A program made the position numbers and the translations under genes. Under the pieces are notes generated by a model. It worked only from the letters and a program-made list of their open reading frames with translations. It had not been told where the DNA came from and ran no database searches. Shown in pieces: positions 7,762-17,476 of a DNA stretch of 33,669 bases. The stretch lies in sequence record SRR22947725_824. The stretch is one strand, 5' to 3'. Numbering within the stretch: the stretch's first letter is position 1; the number at the start of each line of letters is the position of its first letter.

Positions 7762-8136
7762 ATGGAATTACAAGGAAAAATTAAAATGATTGGCAATACT
7801 CAAGCTATTACTGATAGTTTCAAAAAAAGAGAAATAGTTATTACGACAAACGAACAATACCCACAAACAATTATGACCGAATTTGTACAAGATAAAGTAG
7901 ATCTTTTAAATAATTATGAGGTAGGTAATGATGTTAAAATAAGTATAAACATTAGAGGTAGAGAATGGAAAAACCCAAAAGGTGAAATTAAATATTTTAA
8001 CTCTATACAAGGTTGGCGTATTGAAAAGTTAAGTGGTGAAGTTGATTCAAGTCAATTACCTCCTGCAGCTCCACTACAATCATTTGAAACCACTAATGAT
8101 GTAAAAGACGAAGATCATGATGATTTACCATTTTAA
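7762..8136 (+). CDS. DUF3127-family protein (SSB-like OB fold with acidic DDLPF tail)
   Basis: FKKREIVITT-EQYPQ, NIRGREW, YFNSIQGWRIE and C-terminal DEDHDDLPF. Confidence 0.85.
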   Translation: MELQGKIKMIGNTQAITDSFKKREIVITTNEQYPQTIMTEFVQDKVDLLNNYEVGNDVKISINIRGREWKNPKGEIKYFNSIQGWRIEKLSGEVDSSQLPPAAPLQSFETTNDVKDEDHDDLPF

Positions 8137-8139
8137 TAC

Positions 8140-9528
8140 ATGTATTTAACAAAATTCATTGAAAATATTTTTAAAAGGTTTCTGCCCTCTCCCTTTATAA
8201 TTGCAGTAATTCTGACTTTTACTACAATTATTCTTGCTCTTATATTTTCTAATTTTGTTGATCCAAACTCCTCTTTATCTTTTTTAGAAATTTTATCTTC
8301 CTGGGAAAAAGGCATTTGGAATAATGATTTATTGGTATTTGCTTATCAGATGATACTAATATTAGTTTTAGGAAACATATTAGTTTTAAGCTCACCTATA
8401 AGCAGATTAATATTAGTAATCGCTAAAAAGGCTAATAGCACTGAAAAAGCAGTAATTATTGTTAGTGTGTCAGTAATGTTGGTCGCTTTTTTTAATTGGG
8501 GTCTGGGGCTTATTTTTGGAGCCATTTTAGCAAGAAAAATTGGAGACTATTCTGTTGAAAATAATATAAAATTAAATTATCCGTTAGTTGGTGCAGCTGG
8601 ATATGTAGGACTTATGATATGGCATTCAGGAATTAGTGGTTCAGCTCCTATAAAAGTTGCTGAAGACAATCACTTGTCTAGTCTAATGTCTTCTAGAAAT
8701 GATTCTTATTTGTACAGCGATCTACCAACTAGTTTAAATTTTGATTTAACAGTTTTAAGTTCAGCCAATTTAATTACATTCTTAGTATTACTAATTTTGG
8801 TGCCACTTACTTTTTATTTTCTTTCAAAAAATTCATCATCTCAAAATACTGTATTAACAAATGAAAACATAATGAATAATGATGTTCCAGATGAGATAAG
8901 TACAAATAATCTTGAAAACTCAAGAATGTTTTCGATACTATTTGGCGTAATTTTGCTAATTGCTTTCTTTTATCAATACTCAGAGGATTTAATTAATTTT
9001 AAAATTACTCCAAATAGTCTTAATTTTTTTATGCTAGGTCTTTCAATTTTATTGCACTCAAATTTTAAATCTTTTCTTAACGCTTTACGAAAGTCGATTA
9101 ACGGTGCTTCAGGGATATTAATTCAATTTCCGTTATATTTTGGAATTATGGGAATTATGAAAGAGTCAGGATTAATCGTTTATGTATCAGATTTTTTTAT
9201 TTCTATCTCAAATGAATTTACACTCCCAATATTTACTTTTTTTAGTGCTGCTATTATAAACGTATTTGTTCCCAGTGGTGGAGGGCAATGGGTTATTCAA
9301 GGACCTGTAGTAATTGCTGCTGCTACTGAGTTAAATGTACCAATTCAGAAAGTTGTAATGGCTTTGGCTTATGGAGACCAATTAACTAATATGTTACAGC
9401 CATTTTGGGCTTTACCGTTATTGGCAATTACAAAATTAAAAGCGAAAGAAATTTTACCATACACGCTTATTATTATGCTTGTAGGATTAGTAGTTTTTAT
9501 CTCTAGCTTAATTATATTTAAATATTAG
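8140..9528 (+). CDS. atoE: Short-chain fatty acid transporter (AtoE family)
   Basis: LPSPF, FAYQM, NWGLGL, WHSGISGSAP, QFPLYFGIMG, FVPSGGGQW and YGDQLTNMLQPFWALPLL. Confidence 0.85.
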   Translation: MYLTKFIENIFKRFLPSPFIIAVILTFTTIILALIFSNFVDPNSSLSFLEILSSWEKGIWNNDLLVFAYQMILILVLGNILVLSSPISRLILVIAKKANSTEKAVIIVSVSVMLVAFFNWGLGLIFGAILARKIGDYSVENNIKLNYPLVGAAGYVGLMIWHSGISGSAPIKVAEDNHLSSLMSSRNDSYLYSDLPTSLNFDLTVLSSANLITFLVLLILVPLTFYFLSKNSSSQNTVLTNENIMNNDVPDEISTNNLENSRMFSILFGVILLIAFFYQYSEDLINFKITPNSLNFFMLGLSILLHSNFKSFLNALRKSINGASGILIQFPLYFGIMGIMKESGLIVYVSDFFISISNEFTLPIFTFFSAAIINVFVPSGGGQWVIQGPVVIAAATELNVPIQKVVMALAYGDQLTNMLQPFWALPLLAITKLKAKEILPYTLIIMLVGLVVFISSLIIFKY

Positions 9529-9531
9529 TCT

Positions 9532-10338
9532 ATGCTTAAAACTGCCGATGTTTCAAATCATTTAGATAAAATTCGTTTTTTAGAAATACTTAAAAACAAA
9601 TTTTCAGCAAAAAAATACAACTCAATTTTAAGTACTGTTAACTATACTAAAGAGCTTCTTGAATTACAATCATCTTTAGTAGATCTACAAAACTGGATTC
9701 AAAAAAACGACAAAAAAGTCTGTATAGTATTTGAAGGCAGAGATGCTGCTGGTAAAGGAGGTGCGATTAAAAGATTTACACAACACCTTAATCCCAGAAC
9801 AACTAGAGTGGTGGCTTTAGCAAAACCAACAAAGAAAGAAAAAGGGCAATGGTATTTTCAGAGATACATCAAGGAGTTACCAAATAATGGAGAAATTGTG
9901 TTTTTTGACAGAAGTTGGTATAATCGTGCAATAGTAGAGCCAGTTATGGGATTTTGTACAGAAAAGCAATATAATATTTTTATGAATCAGGTAAACGAAT
10001 TTGAAAAGATGATTACTCAGGAAAATATAATTTTAATTAAATTTTGGTTTTCAATAACAAAAAAAACTCAAAAAAATAGATTTAATAGCAGATTGTCCAA
10101 TCCTTTAAAAAGATGGAAATTTAGTGTTGTAGATAAAGAAGGGCAAAAAAAGTGGGATGTTTATACTGATTATAAAAATAAGATGATAGACAAAACAAAC
10201 ACTTCTGAAAATCCTTGGAAAATTATTAAAAGTGATTGTAAAAAAAGCTCAAGATTAGAGTCAATTAAGTATGTATTATCATTATTTGAATTTTCAAGAA
10301 ATAATTTAAATAAATCTCTAAAAAGCCCAAAAAAATGA
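9532..10338 (+). CDS. ppk2: Polyphosphate kinase 2 (copy 1)
   Basis: Walker A FEGRDAAGKGG, LNPR, WYFQRY, Walker B FDRSWYNRA and PLKRWK. Confidence 0.95.
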   Translation: MLKTADVSNHLDKIRFLEILKNKFSAKKYNSILSTVNYTKELLELQSSLVDLQNWIQKNDKKVCIVFEGRDAAGKGGAIKRFTQHLNPRTTRVVALAKPTKKEKGQWYFQRYIKELPNNGEIVFFDRSWYNRAIVEPVMGFCTEKQYNIFMNQVNEFEKMITQENIILIKFWFSITKKTQKNRFNSRLSNPLKRWKFSVVDKEGQKKWDVYTDYKNKMIDKTNTSENPWKIIKSDCKKSSRLESIKYVLSLFEFSRNNLNKSLKSPKK

Positions 10339-11138
10339 ATAATTACTCAGTAAGAGATTTAAAATTGTTAAGCTCAAAAAAAGCTTTAGTTTACCTCTTA
10401 ACGCAAGACAATACAACTATTGCTAAAACTTTAAGATATGTTAAATATGAAAATAATCTTAAAAGACTTCAGATTGAATTAATTAAACTTCAAAAATGGG
10501 TTTCGGATAATAATAAAAAAGTAATTATAATATTTGAAGGAAGAGATTCAGCTGGTAAGGGTGGTGCAATAAGGAGAGCTATTGAACACTTGAATCCAAG
10601 AAAAATTAAAGTTGTTGCTTTACCTAAGCCAACTGAAAATGAAAAAAGTCGCTGGTATTTTCAGAGATATGTAAATCATTTTCCAAGTAAAGGAAATATA
10701 GTTTTTTTTGATAGAAGTTGGTATAATAGAGCAGTAGTGGAACCAGTAAATGGGTTTTGCAATGAAAATGATTATATATCCTTTATGAGTCATGTTAATG
10801 ATTTTGAAAAAATGATCACAGATTCAGATACCTATTTAATTAAATTTTATTTTTCTATTTCTAAAGATGAACAATTAAAGAGATTTAATGAAATTAAAAA
10901 TAGTCCTTTAAAAAAATGGAAATTTAGCAGTGTTGATAGTAATGCACAAGAGTTGTGGGATAAGTATACTTTTTATAAGGATCAAATGTTTTTAAAGACA
11001 AATACAACTAATGCACCTTGGAATATCATTGAAGCTAATAGAAAAGTTAAAGCAAGAACTCAAGCTATAAAGACAATTTTAGAAAAAATTCCATACACCA
11101 AGGATTTAGATTTACAATCTGATGAAGTTGTTTTCTAA
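10335..11138 (+). CDS. ppk2: Polyphosphate kinase 2 (copy 2)
   Basis: FEGRDSAGKGG, LNPR, WYFQRY, FDRSWYNRA, PLKKWK and APW. Confidence 0.95.
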   Translation: MNNYSVRDLKLLSSKKALVYLLTQDNTTIAKTLRYVKYENNLKRLQIELIKLQKWVSDNNKKVIIIFEGRDSAGKGGAIRRAIEHLNPRKIKVVALPKPTENEKSRWYFQRYVNHFPSKGNIVFFDRSWYNRAVVEPVNGFCNENDYISFMSHVNDFEKMITDSDTYLIKFYFSISKDEQLKRFNEIKNSPLKKWKFSSVDSNAQELWDKYTFYKDQMFLKTNTTNAPWNIIEANRKVKARTQAIKTILEKIPYTKDLDLQSDEVVF

Positions 11139-11821
11139 CTTATATTATTTGTAAATTCTTCGATTGATTTTGATTTGTTTACTGAGAATTCACCAATTTG
11201 AGTCCTAATTAACTTAGATAATGTCGCTCCAGAATTTAATTTTTTTCCAAAATCGTTTGCCAAAGCCCTAATATAAGTTCCCTTACTGCATTCTACTTCA
11301 AAATCTATGTGAGGCATATGAATTTTTGAAATATTAAAACTTAAGATTTCAATATATCGATCATTTATTTCAACATTTTCTCCTATTCTAGCAGATTCAT
11401 ACAGTCTTTTTCCGTCTTTTTTTATTGCAGAAAAAATTGGTGGTTTTTGTTTTATTTTACCAATAAAACTTTTTGATGCATTAATGATTAAATCTTCATT
11501 AATATGATCTATTGGAAATGTGTTATTTGGTTTTGTTTCTAAATCAAATGATGGAGTAGTTGTGCCAATTAGAAAAGTACCAGTATATTTTTTTGTTTGA
11601 TTTTGAAAACTAGAAATTTTCTTTGTCATTTTTCCTGTACAAATAATTAGTAATCCAGTTGCTAACGGATCTAATGTTCCTGCATGTCCAACTTTAATTT
11701 TTTTTATTCCAAACTTATTTTTAATAAGCCATCTAATTTTATTTACAACTTGAAATGAAGTCCAATTAAGGGGCTTATTTATGAGTAAAACTTGACCGTT
11801 TTTAAAATCTTCTTCGTTCAT
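11135..11821 (-). CDS. truB: tRNA pseudouridine(55) synthase
   Basis: NKPLNWTSF, KVGHAGTLDPLATGLL, PPIFSAIK and CSKGTYIR. Confidence 0.97.
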   Translation of the reverse strand: MNEEDFKNGQVLLINKPLNWTSFQVVNKIRWLIKNKFGIKKIKVGHAGTLDPLATGLLIICTGKMTKKISSFQNQTKKYTGTFLIGTTTPSFDLETKPNNTFPIDHINEDLIINASKSFIGKIKQKPPIFSAIKKDGKRLYESARIGENVEINDRYIEILSFNISKIHMPHIDFEVECSKGTYIRALANDFGKKLNSGATLSKLIRTQIGEFSVNKSKSIEEFTNNIS

Positions 11822-11841
11822 GAACTCTGATTTATAAAAAA

Positions 11842-12636
11842 TTAATTTAAAAGTGCATAACCGATTGCAATACTTCCAATAATCCCACAGTATATTGAGA
11901 AGTAAGAAAGTTTACTTTTCTTAACTATTAAAATCATCCATTTACAGGCTAATAAGCCAGATGTAAAGGCAGCAAGAAAACCTGCCAAAATAGGAATTAT
12001 TTCAGATGATTGTAAGTTTAAATCACCACTTAAAATGTCTTTACCTATTTTCCCGAAAATTAATGGAACTACCATCAAAAAAGAAAATTTAGCAGCCCTG
12101 GTTCTGTCAATTCCTAATAAAACAGAGGTGGAAATTGTTGCTCCTGATCTTGAAATTCCTGGAATTATAGCTATAGCCTGAGAAATACCAATTAGTATAG
12201 CATATAAATAAGAAACTTCTTTTTTTGTATTTTTTGCTTTATCTGCAAGTAGCAATAATAATGCAGTTAGCAACAACATAAATCCAACTAGTAATATTTT
12301 TCCTCCAAATAATGATTCAAGCTCTCTCTCAAAAAATAATCCAAAAATTACAGCTGGAAACATAGAAATTATAATTTTTAATGAAAATTTAAATTCAGCG
12401 TTCCATTTAAATTGTAATAACCCTTTAAATATTTCAACAACCTCTTCTTTGAAAACAAAGATTGTACTTAACGCGGTAGCAAAATGTAATACTACAGTAA
12501 AAGTCAAGCTTTGATCTGCTGCATAGTTATTCCCCAGAATTACTTTTGCTAATTCTAAATGACCACTTGATGAAACTGGTAAGAATTCAGTTAAGCCCTG
12601 AACGATACCAAGTACTATAGCTTCTAAAACATCCAT
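11842..12636 (-). CDS. uppP: Undecaprenyl-diphosphate phosphatase (BacA)
   Basis: QGLTEFLPVSSSGH and PGISRSGATI. Confidence 0.97.
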   Translation of the reverse strand: MDVLEAIVLGIVQGLTEFLPVSSSGHLELAKVILGNNYAADQSLTFTVVLHFATALSTIFVFKEEVVEIFKGLLQFKWNAEFKFSLKIIISMFPAVIFGLFFERELESLFGGKILLVGFMLLLTALLLLLADKAKNTKKEVSYLYAILIGISQAIAIIPGISRSGATISTSVLLGIDRTRAAKFSFLMVVPLIFGKIGKDILSGDLNLQSSEIIPILAGFLAAFTSGLLACKWMILIVKKSKLSYFSIYCGIIGSIAIGYALLN

Positions 12637-12638
12637 AT

Positions 12639-12887
12639 CTAGTCTTTTTCTGTAGTACTCAAGATTGCATAAATCTGTATTCCAAGACCTAGCAGCACTA
12701 AAGTTGGAGCTAGTCTTATTCTTCTAAAATTATATATATCAGGGCTAAAGTTGTTAGGATCTTCACTTCCTCCACCTGACATTAAAATGAATCCAACAGC
12801 AATAATTATCAGCCCGAAAATCATTATTTTGTAGTTTCTTTTTTTAAAAATAAAATTATTTTTATGTTTTCTTTTTTTCTCTCCCAT
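12639..12887 (-). CDS. DUF3098-family small membrane protein
   Basis: NYKIM...GFILMSGGGS-DP...RRIRLAP; located between ftsX and uppP as is typical in Bacteroidota. Confidence 0.8.
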   Translation of the reverse strand: MGEKKRKHKNNFIFKKRNYKIMIFGLIIIAVGFILMSGGGSEDPNNFSPDIYNFRRIRLAPTLVLLGLGIQIYAILSTTEKD

Positions 12888-12890
12888 CTG

Positions 12891-13757
12891 TTAATTATAT
12901 AATTTTTCTGTATTTAAATTTAAAAGTTTTTGAGTTGCAAAATAGGTGCTTATCCAACTTATTAATACCCCTAAAAGAATTATGGATAAAAAAACATAAA
13001 CAATATAGATATTGTTAAACATATCTATAAATGGAATTTTCTTGTCTATGTACAAAATTGTGAAATATAGTAGTGTAGAGGCTAAAACAGAACTGAATAA
13101 TCCTAAAAAAACATTTTTTTTGATAAAGGGTTTTCTTATAAACCTTTTTGTTGCCCCTACCAATTGCATTGTTTTAATAGTCCATCTATTAGAATAAATA
13201 GCAAGTTTTATTGAACTATTAATAATTAGTACTGAAATTACAAATAGGATAAAAGTTATTGGGAACATCCATAATGTAATTTTTTTCAAATTTGCATTCA
13301 TCATACTTACTAGATCTTTATCATATTGAATGTCATCGATAAAATTATTATTCTTCGCTAATAATTTCGAAATGCTATCAATTTTTTTGCCATCTACATA
13401 TTCAGATAAAAGGTTAATGTCAAATGAATTTATTAATGGATTATAACCAAGTTCGTCAATAAAATCTTCTCCAAATTCAGTTTTCATAATTGAAACTGCT
13501 TCATCTTTTGAAATGTACTTTAAATCTTTAACAAATTCAGAACTTATTAATGAGTTTTTTATTTGATTTAAATCAACACTTTTTGCGTCATCTTTTAAAT
13601 AAATTGACATAGTCAATGATTCCTTAAAGTTTTTGGAAACATTTTTAATATTTACAATAGTAAATGAAAATATGCCAAACAAAAACAGCATCATTGAAAT
13701 ACTTACAACTACAGAAACATATGAAGAAAGAATTCTACGTCTATTTAATTTATTCAT
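12891..13757 (-). CDS. ftsX: Cell division permease FtsX
   Basis: N-terminal TM, periplasmic domain YISKDEA...LGYNPL, TMQLVGATKRFIRKPF and three C-terminal TMs. Confidence 0.9.
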   Translation of the reverse strand: MNKLNRRRILSSYVSVVVSISMMLFLFGIFSFTIVNIKNVSKNFKESLTMSIYLKDDAKSVDLNQIKNSLISSEFVKDLKYISKDEAVSIMKTEFGEDFIDELGYNPLINSFDINLLSEYVDGKKIDSISKLLAKNNNFIDDIQYDKDLVSMMNANLKKITLWMFPITFILFVISVLIINSSIKLAIYSNRWTIKTMQLVGATKRFIRKPFIKKNVFLGLFSSVLASTLLYFTILYIDKKIPFIDMFNNIYIVYVFLSIILLGVLISWISTYFATQKLLNLNTEKLYN

Positions 13758-13834
13758 TTTAAATCAATGATTTAGTGTAAAAATAAAGAACTAAATCTAT
13801 ATCTAAAAAGATTTTCTATTATAACAAGAAAATG

Positions 13835-13860
13835 TAAATTTGTTAGCATATCTACTTTTG
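13835..13860 (+). promoter_or_regulatory. Two candidate -7 elements for leuS (TAAATTTG 13835-13842; TACTTTTG 13853-13860)
   Basis: Exact TAnnTTTG matches in the divergent ftsX/leuS spacer. Confidence 0.55.
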
Positions 13861-13867
13861 ATCATTC

Positions 13868-16681
13868 ATGAAATATAATTTTCAAAAAATTGAAAAAAAA
13901 TGGCAAGCTAACTGGGCTAGAAATAAAACTTATAAGTCTAAGATAGATCACACAAAGCCAAAATTTTATAGCTTGGATATGTTCCCATACCCAAGTGGTG
14001 CAGGACTTCATGTTGGCCATCCTCTTGGTTATATTGCCTCAGATATATATTCGAGATACAAAACATTAAAAGGGTTTAATGTTTTACATCCACAAGGTTA
14101 TGATAGCTTTGGATTGCCTGCAGAGCAATATGCTATTCAGACAGGACAACACCCAAAAAAAACCACCCTGAACAATATTAACACTTATAGAAGTCAGCTT
14201 GATAAAATAGGATTTTCTTTTGATTGGTCAACAGAATTAAGAACTAGTGATCCAAATTATTATAGGTGGACACAATGGATTTTTATTCAATTATTTAATT
14301 CTTGGTATGATTTCGATACACAGAAAGCAAAAAGTATTGATAAATTAGTAGATATTTTTTCATTAAATGGCAATAATAACATTAGGCTTGAAAATGATAG
14401 TGAAATAGAAGTCTTCACATCATCAGAATGGAATAATTATTCGAATGAGAAAAAACAACAAATTCTACTTTCATATAGAATTGCATATTTAGCAGACTCA
14501 GAGGTTAATTGGTGCCCTGAGTTAGGAACTGTATTAGCAAATGATGAAATAGTTAATGGAGTTTCTGAAAGAGGAGGTTTTCCTATTGAAAAAAGAAAAA
14601 TGCGACAGTGGAATATGAGAATTTCATGTTATGCTGATAGGCTATTAAATGATTTAAATAAAATAGATTGGAGTTATTCAATTAAAGAAACTCAAAAAAA
14701 TTGGATCGGAAAGTCTACGGGATGTTCTTTGTTTTTTGACATAGTAGATTTTGAGGATAAAATTGAGGTTTTTACAACAAGGCCTGATACAATTTTTGGA
14801 GTTAGTTTTATGACTTTAGCCCCAGAGCATGAATTAGTGAAAAAAATTGTTACAATTGATAAATTAAATGAGGTTACAAACTATATCAATAAAGTTAGCA
14901 CAAAAAGTGAGAGAGACAGGCTTTCTAATGTAAAATCAATTTCAGGTGTTTTTACAGGTGCTTATGCAGAGCACCCAATAACTAAAAAACCAATTGAAAT
15001 TTGGATTGGTGATTATGTATTGGCAAGTTACGGAACTGGAGCAGTAATGTCTGTCCCATGTGGAGATCAACGAGATTACGATTTTGCAAAAAAATATGAT
15101 ATTAAAATTATAAATATCTTCAAGGATATAGATATTTCAAATGAAGCTTTTATCAGTAAAGAAAAATTTAGTTTATGTGATAGTGATTTTCTTAATGATT
15201 TGTCATTTGTTGAGGCAAACCAAAAGGCTATTGAGTATATTGAATACAATGGATTTGGAAAGAAAAAGGTGAATTTTAGATTAAGAGATGCTATTTTTTC
15301 TAGACAAAGATATTGGGGAGAGCCTTTCCCTGTATATTATAAAAAAGGTCTTCCTTATATGATTGATGAAGCATATCTACCTTTGAAGCTTCCTGACATA
15401 GAAAAGTATCTACCAACTAAAGATGGAGACCCTCCACTTGGCAGGGCTGATGAATGGGCTTGGGATACTGTAAAAAATAAAACAGTGAGTACTTCATTGA
15501 TTAACCAGACTACAGTTTTCCCCCTTGAGCTTAACACTATGCCTGGTTGGGCTGGAAGTTCTTGGTATTTCTTAAAATACACAAATAGTTTAAATAGTAA
15601 TCCAGTGAAAAAAAATGATGGGTTATCATATTGGAAAAATGTTGATCTTTATATTGGAGGTAATGAACATGCTACAGGTCATTTGTTATATTCTCGATTT
15701 TGGACTAAATTTTTATATGATCGAGATTTTATAAGTTTTGATGAGCCATTTAAAAAACTTATTAATCAAGGTATGATTTTAGGTTCTAGCGCAATCATTT
15801 ATAGAGATTCAATTTCGAAGAAATTTATTTCTAAAGATTTGTTAAAAAATCAAAATGTAGATGAAATTCACATTGATGTTAGTTTAATTAATAGTTCAGA
15901 CGAAGTAGATCTCAATGCTTTAAAGTCTTGGCAACCACAATTTGAAAATGCTCATTTTGAGTTTATAAATAATAGTTTTAAAGCTGGAAGAAAGGTTGAA
16001 AAAATGTCAAAGAGATGGTATAATGTCGTTAATCCAGATTTGATTTGTGAACAGTATGGTGCTGATAGTTTAAGGTTATTTGAAATGTTCTTAGGACCAC
16101 TAGAACAATACAAACCATGGAATACTGCAGGAATTTCAGGCGTGCATAATTTTTTAAAAAAATTATGGAAACTTTACACAAACGATAAGGGGATAAAAAA
16201 TTTTAATTCAAAGCCCTCAAAAGAAAGTTTAAAAACTCTACACACCGCAATTAAAAAAGTTGAAAATGATATTGAAAATTTCTCATTCAACACTCCAGTT
16301 TCATGCTTTATGATAGCTGTTAATGAATTGACAGCTCAAAAATGCAGGAGCAAAGAGATTTTGGAGTCATTACTGATTTTATTATCTCCATATGTCCCAC
16401 ATATATGTGAAGAGCTTTGGGAAATGTTGGGACACACTAATTCAATTACTTTTGAATCATTTCCAATTTTTGACCCTAATATGCTAGTTGAATCTACTAA
16501 GATTTATCCAATATCAATAAACGGAAAGGTTAAACTTAAACTTGAAATATCTTTGGCATTAAATAATGAAGAAATTGAAAATATTATTCTTGCTAACACT
16601 GAGGTAATTTCAAAGTTAGAAGGTAAACCTCCTAAAAGAATAATTATTATCCCTGGAAAAATTATTAATTTAGTTGTATGA
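13868..16681 (+). CDS. leuS: Leucine--tRNA ligase
   Basis: MFPYPSGAGLHVGH (HIGH), FTTRPDT editing domain, YGTGAVMSVP, SRQRYWGEP and KMSK. Confidence 0.98.
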   Translation: MKYNFQKIEKKWQANWARNKTYKSKIDHTKPKFYSLDMFPYPSGAGLHVGHPLGYIASDIYSRYKTLKGFNVLHPQGYDSFGLPAEQYAIQTGQHPKKTTLNNINTYRSQLDKIGFSFDWSTELRTSDPNYYRWTQWIFIQLFNSWYDFDTQKAKSIDKLVDIFSLNGNNNIRLENDSEIEVFTSSEWNNYSNEKKQQILLSYRIAYLADSEVNWCPELGTVLANDEIVNGVSERGGFPIEKRKMRQWNMRISCYADRLLNDLNKIDWSYSIKETQKNWIGKSTGCSLFFDIVDFEDKIEVFTTRPDTIFGVSFMTLAPEHELVKKIVTIDKLNEVTNYINKVSTKSERDRLSNVKSISGVFTGAYAEHPITKKPIEIWIGDYVLASYGTGAVMSVPCGDQRDYDFAKKYDIKIINIFKDIDISNEAFISKEKFSLCDSDFLNDLSFVEANQKAIEYIEYNGFGKKKVNFRLRDAIFSRQRYWGEPFPVYYKKGLPYMIDEAYLPLKLPDIEKYLPTKDGDPPLGRADEWAWDTVKNKTVSTSLINQTTVFPLELNTMPGWAGSSWYFLKYTNSLNSNPVKKNDGLSYWKNVDLYIGGNEHATGHLLYSRFWTKFLYDRDFISFDEPFKKLINQGMILGSSAIIYRDSISKKFISKDLLKNQNVDEIHIDVSLINSSDEVDLNALKSWQPQFENAHFEFINNSFKAGRKVEKMSKRWYNVVNPDLICEQYGADSLRLFEMFLGPLEQYKPWNTAGISGVHNFLKKLWKLYTNDKGIKNFNSKPSKESLKTLHTAIKKVENDIENFSFNTPVSCFMIAVNELTAQKCRSKEILESLLILLSPYVPHICEELWEMLGHTNSITFESFPIFDPNMLVESTKIYPISINGKVKLKLEISLALNNEEIENIILANTEVISKLEGKPPKRIIIIPGKIINLVV

Positions 16682-16986
16682 TTATTGCTTTAATTTTTGT
16701 TAATATTATTTTTTTAGCTATTGCTAAGTATATAAATACTGAAAATGCTAAATTTTTTCTTGCTGGATATAATACAATGTCAGAAAAAGAAAGAAATAAC
16801 TTTGACTTAGTTAGTTATTTGAGATTTTTTAAAAGTTTTTTTATAAAATTAACTTTTTATTCAACTTTAATATTTGCAGTTACTTATTTTTTATATGATG
16901 AAGAAATTGCAGCTATAGCCTGGTGTATATCACTTACGGTTCCTTGGCCTTATTTTATAATTAAATCTCAAAAGTATTCTAAATAG
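16678..16986 (+). CDS. Small membrane protein (DUF3784-like)
   Basis: Three hydrophobic segments and the LAGYNTMSEKER motif. Confidence 0.65.
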   Translation: MIIALIFVNIIFLAIAKYINTENAKFFLAGYNTMSEKERNNFDLVSYLRFFKSFFIKLTFYSTLIFAVTYFLYDEEIAAIAWCISLTVPWPYFIIKSQKYSK

Positions 16987-17449
16987 CAATTTGTCTATCA
17001 ATTTGTTGATCTAAAGAAATATATGTTTCAGTTCTTGAAACACCATTAATGGTTTGAATTTTTTTATTTAATATTTGCATTAAATTCTCATTATCTATAC
17101 ATAATATCTTTGTCAAAATACTCCAATTCCCTGTTGTATAATGACACTCTAAAACTTCAGGAATTTTTTTTAATTCACGAACAACGGATGCATTGTCACC
17201 AGCTTTTTCTAAATAAATTCCAATAAATGCCATTGTTTTATGCCCAAGAACTTTTGGATTAATTATAATTTTTGAACCTTCAATCAATTCAGAATTTTCA
17301 AGTTTTCTAAGTCTTTGGTGAATTGCTGCACCAGAAACTCCAATTTTTTTTGCTATTTCTAAAATGGGGGTCCTGGCATTAGTCATAAGTGATCTAATAA
17401 TCTCCTTATCTATACCATCAATTGTTATGTTGTTATTAATATTCTTCAT
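16979..17449 (-). CDS. Lrp/AsnC-family transcriptional regulator
   Basis: IDGIDKEII...NARTPILEIAKKIGVSGAAIHQRLRKLE HTH; ECHYTTG; GVSRTETYISL. Confidence 0.93.
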   Translation of the reverse strand: MKNINNNITIDGIDKEIIRSLMTNARTPILEIAKKIGVSGAAIHQRLRKLENSELIEGSKIIINPKVLGHKTMAFIGIYLEKAGDNASVVRELKKIPEVLECHYTTGNWSILTKILCIDNENLMQILNKKIQTINGVSRTETYISLDQQIDRQIAI

Positions 17450-17476
17450 AAAGTTTAATCACTAATTACATTAGTT

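Noticed and set aside
13758-13867. T-box leader for leuS (likewise tyrS at 24560-24601)
   Set aside because: Spacers are too short and lack the T-box consensus.
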